64,000 bases of DNA from an uncultured Chitinophaga sp. (lineage in GTDB: Bacteria > Bacteroidota > Bacteroidia > Chitinophagales > Chitinophagaceae), in contig CAYHPA010000002.1 in the NCBI GenBank assembly GCA_964358155.1, positions 3,406 to 67,405 of the forward strand, given 5' to 3'. Each line of letters starts with the position of its first letter. Positions within the stretch are counted from its first letter, which is position 1. The position numbers were made by a program, and so were the translations under genes. Below are positions 57,108 to 64,000 of this stretch, piece after piece. The notes below the pieces were generated by a model that was not told where the DNA came from, did no database searches, and saw only the letters and a list, made by a program, of their open reading frames with translations.

Positions 57108-57626
57108 CTATCCCTCACACATCTTCTTCAGATTCTCGAGCCCCACTCCAAACTGGTGATTCAGGTTTTTACTGAGCAAAGGCCCCATCAGCCTCGCTAT
57201 GGGCCAGGGAAGCTCGCCGCTGTTTTGCCAGGTCACCTTTGTTTCACTTCCATCTCCCCATGGTTCAAACAGCCAATTGTCCTTCGCTTTTGATTTCCAT
57301 GGCTTCAGGAATTCAAGATCAATATGAATATGTTTTTCGTCTGTGCTTTTTATCGTCAGGCTTCCCATGCCGATCTTCTTTCCATGCCATGCATATTTGT
57401 GACCTGGGGTATTGGGGTTGCCGCTTATCGTTTTGGATGCGGCTGGTTCCATTTGCTGCCAGGGATTCCATGCGGCATAGTCGTTGAAATTGCCTACATG
57501 ACTTTTTATATCAGCAGCCGGTTTTTTAATGACGATTGATTTTTCAATGTTATACACTTTAGGCATCAAAGCAGCCACCACCAATAAAGTGACAATAAGG
57601 CCGATGAAAATGTAAACAAAGATCAT
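57108..57626 (-). CDS. SRPBCC (START / polyketide-cyclase-like) family protein with an N-terminal membrane anchor
   Basis: 172 aa with a TM helix (IFVYIFIGLIVTLLVVAAL). The body follows an SRPBCC-like pattern (YNIEKSIVIKKPAADI...TKVTWQNSGELPWP). Confidence 0.55.
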   Translation of the reverse strand: MIFVYIFIGLIVTLLVVAALMPKVYNIEKSIVIKKPAADIKSHVGNFNDYAAWNPWQQMEPAASKTISGNPNTPGHKYAWHGKKIGMGSLTIKSTDEKHIHIDLEFLKPWKSKAKDNWLFEPWGDGSETKVTWQNSGELPWPIARLMGPLLSKNLNHQFGVGLENLKKMCEG

Positions 57627-57684
57627 GTCGGATGATTTTGGACAGGTAAGTTAACAAATTGCTACGGGGCACCCAAACCGTTTA

Positions 57685-58272
57685 TCAATGACGAAAATTT
57701 CGATAAAATTTTCCGGGCCTTAAATAAATAATGCCTTGCTGTGTATAAAACCGGGTGGGCAATTGTGTATAATTTCCGGAACCATCATTACCCCTTACTT
57801 CAAAATGCAGATGCGGAAAAGCAGAATATCCGGTATTGCCGCTATAGCCGATCAGCTGACCTGTCTTAACCGTGTCGCCCACACTCACCAGCACACCACT
57901 CATTTTAAAATGCCAGTAATTTGCTTCGGAACCATCATCGTGCCGGATAAAAATATAATTGCCATCTGCCAGATTTTCATCCTTCAATCCATGCCGGTCA
58001 GAGTTATTCCGCATGGCAATAACAACGCCGCCTCTTGCTGCGCAGACTTTGGTGCCGGTTTTTACTTTAAAGTCCAGCGCCCTTTCCCCTTTGTGGCTGA
58101 ACATGCTTTCATACCCCTGCACCAGGAAAATTTTTTTCCTATGCTCAAAGGGCAATGTATAAATGTAACTGCTGTCGTCTTTGAACTTTCCGTTTTTTAA
58201 TTCACTGACGGTATATTGCCGCTGGGCAACAACCGTAACAGGAAAAAGAAAAAGAATGATCAACCGGGTCAT
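57685..58272 (-). CDS. M23-family metallopeptidase (paralogue 2)
   Basis: ALDFKV, GNYIFIRHDDGSEANYWHF and GYSAFPHLHFEVR are M23 features. It aligns along its whole length with 52112-52705. Its start overlaps the xdhC stop by 4 nt. Confidence 0.85.
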   Translation of the reverse strand: MTRLIILFLFPVTVVAQRQYTVSELKNGKFKDDSSYIYTLPFEHRKKIFLVQGYESMFSHKGERALDFKVKTGTKVCAARGGVVIAMRNNSDRHGLKDENLADGNYIFIRHDDGSEANYWHFKMSGVLVSVGDTVKTGQLIGYSGNTGYSAFPHLHFEVRGNDGSGNYTQLPTRFYTQQGIIYLRPGKFYRNFRH

Positions 58273-59246
58273 GGCTGCTGGTTTTTTGTTTGAATAATCT
58301 CTGCTGCAATGCTTACGGCTATCTCTTCCGGCGTCTGGCTGCTGATATCAAGACCGATGGGAGTATGAATGCGTTGCAGCAATTCTTCACTGATATCTTC
58401 GGCCCGGTAATTGGCAAAAAGTTTTTCCATTTTCTTTTTACTCCCCAGCATGCCGATATACATGAATTTTTTATCAAGCAGGCTTCTCAATGCAATATCA
58501 TCTGTACGATAGCCAAAGGTCATGATGACAACATACTGATTGGGTCCCGAAGGAATTAGATTGGACAAAGCAGTATAATCATCCACAATGATGATCTCAT
58601 GGGCAAACTCGTTTTGCAAAACAGTATTCAGGCCTTTTCTTTCTTCATAAAGTGTAATATAAAAATCCATTTCCCGCATCAGTTTGGAAAATGCCAGTGC
58701 ACAATGCCCGCCGCCGATGATGAAGAGCTGGTTTTTATAACCTGTTTTTTCTTTGTAAAACCAATCCTGCTCATTCTGGAATGTAAAGTCAAAATCCTTA
58801 CCGGGGACCTTGTCTTCAAACTGAAGTCCTGAAGGAGATAAGATAAGCGTCCCGTTTTTATTTTCTTCCAGCGAAGCAATGATGCGTTCAATAGTTGCGG
58901 CATCTTTTTCTGTTATAGAATACAATAAAATAGTTTGCTCTCCCGAACAAATCATCCCGCTTTGGTTTGCCGCTGCCGACTTATCATGCACTTGCTTCTT
59001 TAAGACGCCTGCTCGCAGCTCATTGCTCGCAGCTAACAGCTTCTCCTTCGCCATTTCCACAAACTTATGTTCCATAATTCCTCCACCTATTGAACCGGCC
59101 ATCTCTCCGTTTGCATTTACCGTCATAAAGAATCCCTGACGACCGGGGCTGCTGCCCTTGCTTTCTAATACATACAGCAGCATGACAGCGATATTCTGCT
59201 GAAAACTATGCTGAACTAACCACCAAATTGATACCTGTTTAGTCAT
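58269..59246 (-). CDS. xdhC: xanthine dehydrogenase accessory (Moco insertion) protein
   Basis: The XdhC/CoxI N-terminal pattern is LLYVLESKGSSPGRQG...GSIGGG. The Rossmann-like C-terminal half has LFIIGGGHCA. It lies in an operon with xdhAB. Confidence 0.8.
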   Translation of the reverse strand: MTKQVSIWWLVQHSFQQNIAVMLLYVLESKGSSPGRQGFFMTVNANGEMAGSIGGGIMEHKFVEMAKEKLLAASNELRAGVLKKQVHDKSAAANQSGMICSGEQTILLYSITEKDAATIERIIASLEENKNGTLILSPSGLQFEDKVPGKDFDFTFQNEQDWFYKEKTGYKNQLFIIGGGHCALAFSKLMREMDFYITLYEERKGLNTVLQNEFAHEIIIVDDYTALSNLIPSGPNQYVVIMTFGYRTDDIALRSLLDKKFMYIGMLGSKKKMEKLFANYRAEDISEELLQRIHTPIGLDISSQTPEEIAVSIAAEIIQTKNQQP

Positions 59247-59304
59247 TTTGAAAAGCCTGAAAGGCTGGAATTACTATAATATTACAATACTAATATGATA
59301 CTCA

Positions 59305-59400
59305 AATCCCGAAGGGATGATATAACCATTAATGTCACTCCCTCGGAATTTTTCGAAAACCCCTATATGCATTCTATAATAATTTCATCCCTTCGGGATT
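59305..59400. mobile_element. MITE-like 96-bp element with perfect 16-bp terminal inverted repeats
   Basis: AATCCCGAAGGGATGA (59305-59320) and TCATCCCTTCGGGATT (59385-59400) are exact reverse complements. An internal palindrome TTTTCGAAAA is present. The right repeat encodes the last codons and the stop of xdhB. Confidence 0.6.
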
Positions 59401-61712
59401 ATTGGGACAGCGTAAGAATGTAAAGCCATCAACAGCTTCTCCGGCGTCATCGGTGCATCATAAGGGATGTCAGCAGAAGGATTAAATGCCTTCACCGCAT
59501 TACGCAAAGCAAAATAAGCGCCGATGCCATACATCAGTGGTGGTTCACCAACCGCCTTGCTTTGAAACACGGCTAAATTCTTTTTTTGTGTTTCCAATGG
59601 ATGAATAGTTATCTCTTTCGGTACGGAATAAATATCCGGCACTTTGTAAGTGGACAAAGCATTTGTCATCAGCTTTCCTTCCTTATTATACAACAACTCT
59701 TCCATCGTCATCCAACCGATGCCCTGCACAATGCCGCCTTCGCATTGGCCCATATCCACCATGGTATTCATGCTTTGTCCAAAATCATGCACCACTTTCA
59801 CCGAATCCACTTCATAGATTCCCCGCAAACAATCCACGGTTACTGTAATGATAGCCGTGCCATAAACATGATAAGAAAAAGGATGTCCTTTTTCTTTTAA
59901 CGGATCGAAATAAATACCCGGCGGAGTGTAATGCGCCAGTTCTGACAAACATATCCGCTTCATATGTGTAAGCATAGCGAGTTTTTTCCATCCCAGCTCG
60001 GTTTTCTTTCCGTTCACATATACCAGTTCATCTTTTATCTCAACTGCATCAATCGTCGTTTTTAATTCTTCTGCGGCTGCCTGTTTCATCCTTTTCAATA
60101 TTTCAGTGCAGGCAATGGCAGTGGCCTTCCCGTTCAGGTCGGCAGCAGCGCTGGCAGCTGTAGGTGATGTATTGGCGATACGTTGTGTGTTGGTTGTATT
60201 GACTTTTACTTTAGCATGATTAATAGAAAATATCTGTGCTGCTACCTGCAGCATCTTTGTATTCACCCCTTGCCCCATTTCCACAGCGCCGGTGCTTATG
60301 CCAACACTTCCGTCTGTATATACATGCACCAGCGACCTTGCCTGGTTCATAAATGTTTTGGTGAATGAGATGCCAAAGCAGATCGGCATTAATGCGATCC
60401 CCTTTTTATACAACTTGTTTGATGCATTGAAATCATCCACTTCTTTTTGCAGCTGCTTAATATTAAACAGTTCACCCGTTTTATTCCAGCATTCGTTTGC
60501 CTCGCTTTCGGCGATCTGCCCGTAGGGAAATTCATCACCGTTCTTCAGTAAATTCTTTTGCTGGATAACAGTAGCAGGAATATTCAATGCCTGTGCTGCT
60601 TTATCGATCGCCGCTTCTATCACAAACATTCCCTGCGGCCCGCCAAAACCACGGAAGGCTGTATTGGGGGGTAAATGGGTGCGACAACTGTAAGCCGTTG
60701 CTTTTACATTCGGAATAAAATAGGAATTGTTGCAATGGAACAAAGTTCTTTCCATTACTGCCGGAGAAAGATCTGCAGCGGCTCCGGCATTTTGATAGAA
60801 AGTTGCTTCGTAAGCAATGATCTTATATTTTTTATTCAATCCGATCTTAAAATCAGATGAATAAGGATGGCGCTTGCCTGTCATCCGCATGTCTTCTATA
60901 CGGTGCAGGCAATACTTTACTGGTTTCTTTAAATGATAAGCCGCCAATGCACACATCACTCCCCATGTAGTGGCCTGGTCTTCTTTGCCGCCAAAACCAC
61001 CGCCGAGTCTTGTAGTGTCTACTTCAATTTTATTCATCGGCATATTCAATACCCTTGCTGCCGTTCGCTGCACAGCAGTTGGTCCTTGTGTAGACGAGTA
61101 AATTTTTATAGCATCATTTTCCTGTGGTAGGGCATAAGCTCCCTGTGTTTCTATGTATAAATGCTCCTGCCCATTGGTTTCTGTTCTTCCTTCAAAAATA
61201 TATTCACAGTCTTTCCATACAGCAGAAGTATCACCCAATTGAAATGTTCTTGGTGGAATAATAAGTTCGCCCTTTTCTTTAGCTTCCCTTGGATCGGTGA
61301 TGATGGGCAGCGGCGCCACGTCCATTTTTATTCTCTTCACGGCCAGCCTTGCTTGCTCTTCCGATTCAGCGATGACTAGTGCTACCGGCATTCCGCAAAA
61401 ATGAACATGAGTGTTCGCCAGTAATTCTTCATCAGGAATGATACCACCGATCTGGTTCTCGCCAGGAATATCTTTGGCCGTAAAAATTTTCACCACACCC
61501 GGCATCGCTGCCGCTACGCCGGTATCAAGTGACTTTATTTTTCCATGTGCAATGGGAGAATCATACACGGCAGCAAACAAAGTCCCTGCCTGTAATGGAA
61601 TATCATCCAGGTAAACCGACTCGCCGCGGACATGGGTGTATGAGTCTATATTACCCCCAGCCCCTAAAGGGGAGTATTTTTGCGCTTCTGATATGTCTCT
61701 ATCTTTCTTCAA
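59385..61712 (-). CDS. xdhB: xanthine dehydrogenase molybdopterin-binding subunit
   Basis: 775 aa with a/b-hammerhead and Moco-binding domains (RLGGGFGGKE, FRGFGGPQG, GEPPL). It overlaps the xdhA stop by 14 nt. Confidence 0.9.
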   Translation of the reverse strand: MKKDRDISEAQKYSPLGAGGNIDSYTHVRGESVYLDDIPLQAGTLFAAVYDSPIAHGKIKSLDTGVAAAMPGVVKIFTAKDIPGENQIGGIIPDEELLANTHVHFCGMPVALVIAESEEQARLAVKRIKMDVAPLPIITDPREAKEKGELIIPPRTFQLGDTSAVWKDCEYIFEGRTETNGQEHLYIETQGAYALPQENDAIKIYSSTQGPTAVQRTAARVLNMPMNKIEVDTTRLGGGFGGKEDQATTWGVMCALAAYHLKKPVKYCLHRIEDMRMTGKRHPYSSDFKIGLNKKYKIIAYEATFYQNAGAAADLSPAVMERTLFHCNNSYFIPNVKATAYSCRTHLPPNTAFRGFGGPQGMFVIEAAIDKAAQALNIPATVIQQKNLLKNGDEFPYGQIAESEANECWNKTGELFNIKQLQKEVDDFNASNKLYKKGIALMPICFGISFTKTFMNQARSLVHVYTDGSVGISTGAVEMGQGVNTKMLQVAAQIFSINHAKVKVNTTNTQRIANTSPTAASAAADLNGKATAIACTEILKRMKQAAAEELKTTIDAVEIKDELVYVNGKKTELGWKKLAMLTHMKRICLSELAHYTPPGIYFDPLKEKGHPFSYHVYGTAIITVTVDCLRGIYEVDSVKVVHDFGQSMNTMVDMGQCEGGIVQGIGWMTMEELLYNKEGKLMTNALSTYKVPDIYSVPKEITIHPLETQKKNLAVFQSKAVGEPPLMYGIGAYFALRNAVKAFNPSADIPYDAPMTPEKLLMALHSYAVPIIPKG

Positions 61713-63105
61713 AATGTGCTTTCAGCAATTGTCCCAGCAATAATGTTTTATATTCCTTACCTCCTCTTGCATCGCTGATCGGGGATATTTCTGTCTTCAT
61801 TACTTCAATAGCCGAACTAATTGTTTCTTCGGTTATTTTCTGTCCTTTTAAATAGTCTGATGTCTTTTGCAGGTACAGCGGTACAGGCCCCACGCCTCCG
61901 GCAGAAACACTTGCTTTGGCAATTTCATTTCCATTCATTGTCAATAATATTGCCGAGTTCACACTGGCAATATCAAGATGTGTTCGCTTGCTTACTTTTT
62001 CAAAATTGAAATACGAATCCTTCTCCGGTATTGCAAACCATATCTTACTTATTATCTCCTCCGGGCTTTTATCAAGTTGTTTATATCCTTTGTAAAACTC
62101 TCTAAGCGCAACTTTTCTTGATCCGTTTGCATTACTCAGTTCAAGCTGGGCGTTCAGTGCAAGAAAGAAGATGGTAAAATCGCCAATTGGCGAAGCATTC
62201 ACAAAATTTCCGGCAAGGGTGGCCATGTTTCGTATAGGTGTAGAAGAAACCAGTTTGACATAGCGTTGAAAATCTGGAAATATCTTATTGATCAATGAAG
62301 AATTTTTCAGATCGCTGACCGTAACCGATGGACCAAGCACCACCCTGCCATCTTCTTCTATGATTGTATTCATTCCCGGTTCATCAAAAACAAAATGAAT
62401 ACCGGCATGAGTCATTTCATCATGTTTCTGAACATACAGGTCCGTGCCGCCTCCCACAGTCGTGAGCCCTGGTTCATCAGTCGTGAGTCGGGAAACCTCT
62501 AACGATTGTAGCTTGTTTTTTATTCCCGTAAAATATTCGGGCAGTATTTTTTTCTTCGCAACAAAGACAGTTGCATCCTCCCCATTCCTTTCTTTTAGTA
62601 TACCCGCCACTTTGCCTGCCACTCTTTCAATGGATTTATAACCCGTACAACGACAAATATTCCCATCAACGGCAGCAATTGCATTTTCTTCAGTCGCTTT
62701 TTTATCACTCAAACAAAACCCCGCCAGCGACATCACAAATCCCGGTGTGCAGAAACCGCATTGTGTGGCGCCGCAATCGGCCATTGCCTCTTGTACAGGA
62801 TTCAGTTTATCAGGGAAATTAATCCCTTCAATAGTTACAATATGTTTGCCCTGTACATTGCCCAACGGTAGCAGGCAGCTGGTCATTGATTCATAGAACA
62901 ATTCGCCGTTCACAATTTCTCCGACTAACACAGTACAGGCACCGCAGTCGCCTTCGCGGCAGCCGATCTTCGTTCCGGTTAAATGTTGATGATAACGGAT
63001 AAAGTCAAGCAATACCATGCCGGAGGGCAAGTCTGTTACTGTTTCTTTTTCATTGAGAATAAAATGTATCAACGTAATTTTAATTGTCGGCTTTAAAGTT
63101 AACAT
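61699..63105 (-). CDS. xdhA: xanthine dehydrogenase small subunit (2Fe-2S + FAD-binding)
   Basis: GCREGDCGACTV and the CGFCTPG/CRCTGY iron-sulfur motifs are present. The FAD-binding domain has GGGTDLYV. Confidence 0.9.
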   Translation of the reverse strand: MLTLKPTIKITLIHFILNEKETVTDLPSGMVLLDFIRYHQHLTGTKIGCREGDCGACTVLVGEIVNGELFYESMTSCLLPLGNVQGKHIVTIEGINFPDKLNPVQEAMADCGATQCGFCTPGFVMSLAGFCLSDKKATEENAIAAVDGNICRCTGYKSIERVAGKVAGILKERNGEDATVFVAKKKILPEYFTGIKNKLQSLEVSRLTTDEPGLTTVGGGTDLYVQKHDEMTHAGIHFVFDEPGMNTIIEEDGRVVLGPSVTVSDLKNSSLINKIFPDFQRYVKLVSSTPIRNMATLAGNFVNASPIGDFTIFFLALNAQLELSNANGSRKVALREFYKGYKQLDKSPEEIISKIWFAIPEKDSYFNFEKVSKRTHLDIASVNSAILLTMNGNEIAKASVSAGGVGPVPLYLQKTSDYLKGQKITEETISSAIEVMKTEISPISDARGGKEYKTLLLGQLLKAHFEER

Positions 63106-63115
63106 AATTGATGTA

Positions 63116-64000
63116 ATGAATACAACTGCTTCAATACCGGGTTCGGCTGTTTACTACCGGCTGATAGCATTGTGGGTATTGTGCGAAGCAATGCTGGGCG
63201 CTATCATTTTTACATTTCGTATACCGGTGTCTGGTCTGGTGATTGGCAGCTGCGCTGTTACCTGCATTACACTCATTGCATGGTATAAACCGGAAAAAGG
63301 GGCCATACTAAAAGCAACTATTATCGTTGCCATCTTTAAAATGATGCTGAGCCCGCAGGCACCCCCCCCTGCTTATATCGCAGTATTTTTTCAGGGATTG
63401 TTAGGCGAATTGCTGTTTTGGAACAGAAAATATTTCCGCCTGTTTTGTATCATACTGGCAGTATTGGCCATGATAGAGTCGGCATTTCAGCGGGTTCTTT
63501 CCCTGACAATATTATATGGGGATGATTTTTGGACGGCGGTAAATGCTTTTATCAGTAAACTGACGGGAAGTGCCCAGCCAACCAATTACAGCTATTTCAT
63601 TGTTTTCGGGTATGTGTTATTGCATATCGCTGCAGGCATACTGCTTGGTGTGTGGACCGGGCTGTTGCCTCAGCGTATTCAAAATATGAGGAGTTTTCAA
63701 CAACAATACCATGTGGGACGATCAGGCCTAAAAACGAAGAATCTCAGGCGCAAGAAAAGAAAAAAAATAAGAATCTTTTTGCTTATTGTATGGTTGCTGA
63801 TGCTGGGAATTTATATTCAGTCTTTTTTTGAGATTGGAAAACCGATTTTACCATCATCACTTGTTTTGAGAATACTGGCTCGTTCCGTTATCATTATACT
63901 CACCTGGCACTTTCTCGTTAGCCCCGTCCTGAAACAGTTATTGCATAAATGGCTGCAACGAAAAAAGCAGCAGTCTGCTGTACATGTTCAGCAGGTACTG
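63116..64000 (+). CDS. hypothetical polytopic membrane protein. The 3' end runs off the window, so it is absent from the ORF track.
   Basis: Manual translation from the ATG at 63116 gives MNTTASIPGSAVYYRLIALWVLCEAMLGAIIFTFRIPVSG.... The frame stays open for 295 codons to the window end, with several TM helices and a basic loop (RRKKRKK). The start codon is uncertain. Confidence 0.6.
   Translation, partial: MNTTASIPGSAVYYRLIALWVLCEAMLGAIIFTFRIPVSGLVIGSCAVTCITLIAWYKPEKGAILKATIIVAIFKMMLSPQAPPPAYIAVFFQGLLGELLFWNRKYFRLFCIILAVLAMIESAFQRVLSLTILYGDDFWTAVNAFISKLTGSAQPTNYSYFIVFGYVLLHIAAGILLGVWTGLLPQRIQNMRSFQQQYHVGRSGLKTKNLRRKKRKKIRIFLLIVWLLMLGIYIQSFFEIGKPILPSSLVLRILARSVIIILTWHFLVSPVLKQLLHKWLQRKKQQSAVHVQQVL

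Overview
This 64 kb window reads as a chromosomal segment of a Bacteroidota genome, probably Chitinophagaceae or Sphingobacteriia-like. The lineage call rests on T9SS type-B C-terminal sorting domains, a PorP/SprF gene, propeller-type two-component sensors and a LytS/LytTR pair. All calls come from reading the sequence and ORF track by eye, with no database search, so family names are motif-level recognitions.

I support about 48 protein-coding genes. Two of them are absent from the ORF track because they run off the window edges: 1-806 (-) and 63116-64000 (+). I saw no rRNA, tRNA or CRISPR array.

Housekeeping and metabolic genes:
- dnaN, recX, thiL, an inositol monophosphatase and mtgA.
- pnuC with a NadR-type kinase.
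- A xanthine dehydrogenase operon, xdhABC.
- A YafV-like C-N hydrolase and a GH3-family enzyme.
- Three two-component systems.
- A T9SS type-B cargo locus: two cargo genes, PorP/SprF and an adjacent HK/LuxR pair.

The most unusual content:
1. A tightly packed four-gene operon (15003-25711). It encodes cysteine-rich secreted proteins that share domains I do not recognise, plus a large predicted outer-membrane barrel, and none of them carries a T9SS sorting domain. This is my best candidate for an undescribed cell-surface module.
2. A mosaic junction (10.8-14.9 kb). It holds an AAA-ATPase/PD-(D/E)xK gene, a truncated LytTR paralogue, an IS110-family 3' remnant and strongly AT-rich orphan genes. 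A second copy of the same IS remnant sits next to another AT-rich orphan at 26.4 kb.
3. Several families of small structured repeats. One is a heptad hairpin family with compensatory arm changes. Another is a nested GC-rich palindrome inserted in frame in the C-N hydrolase gene. A third is a MITE-like element whose inverted repeat supplies the xdhB stop codon.
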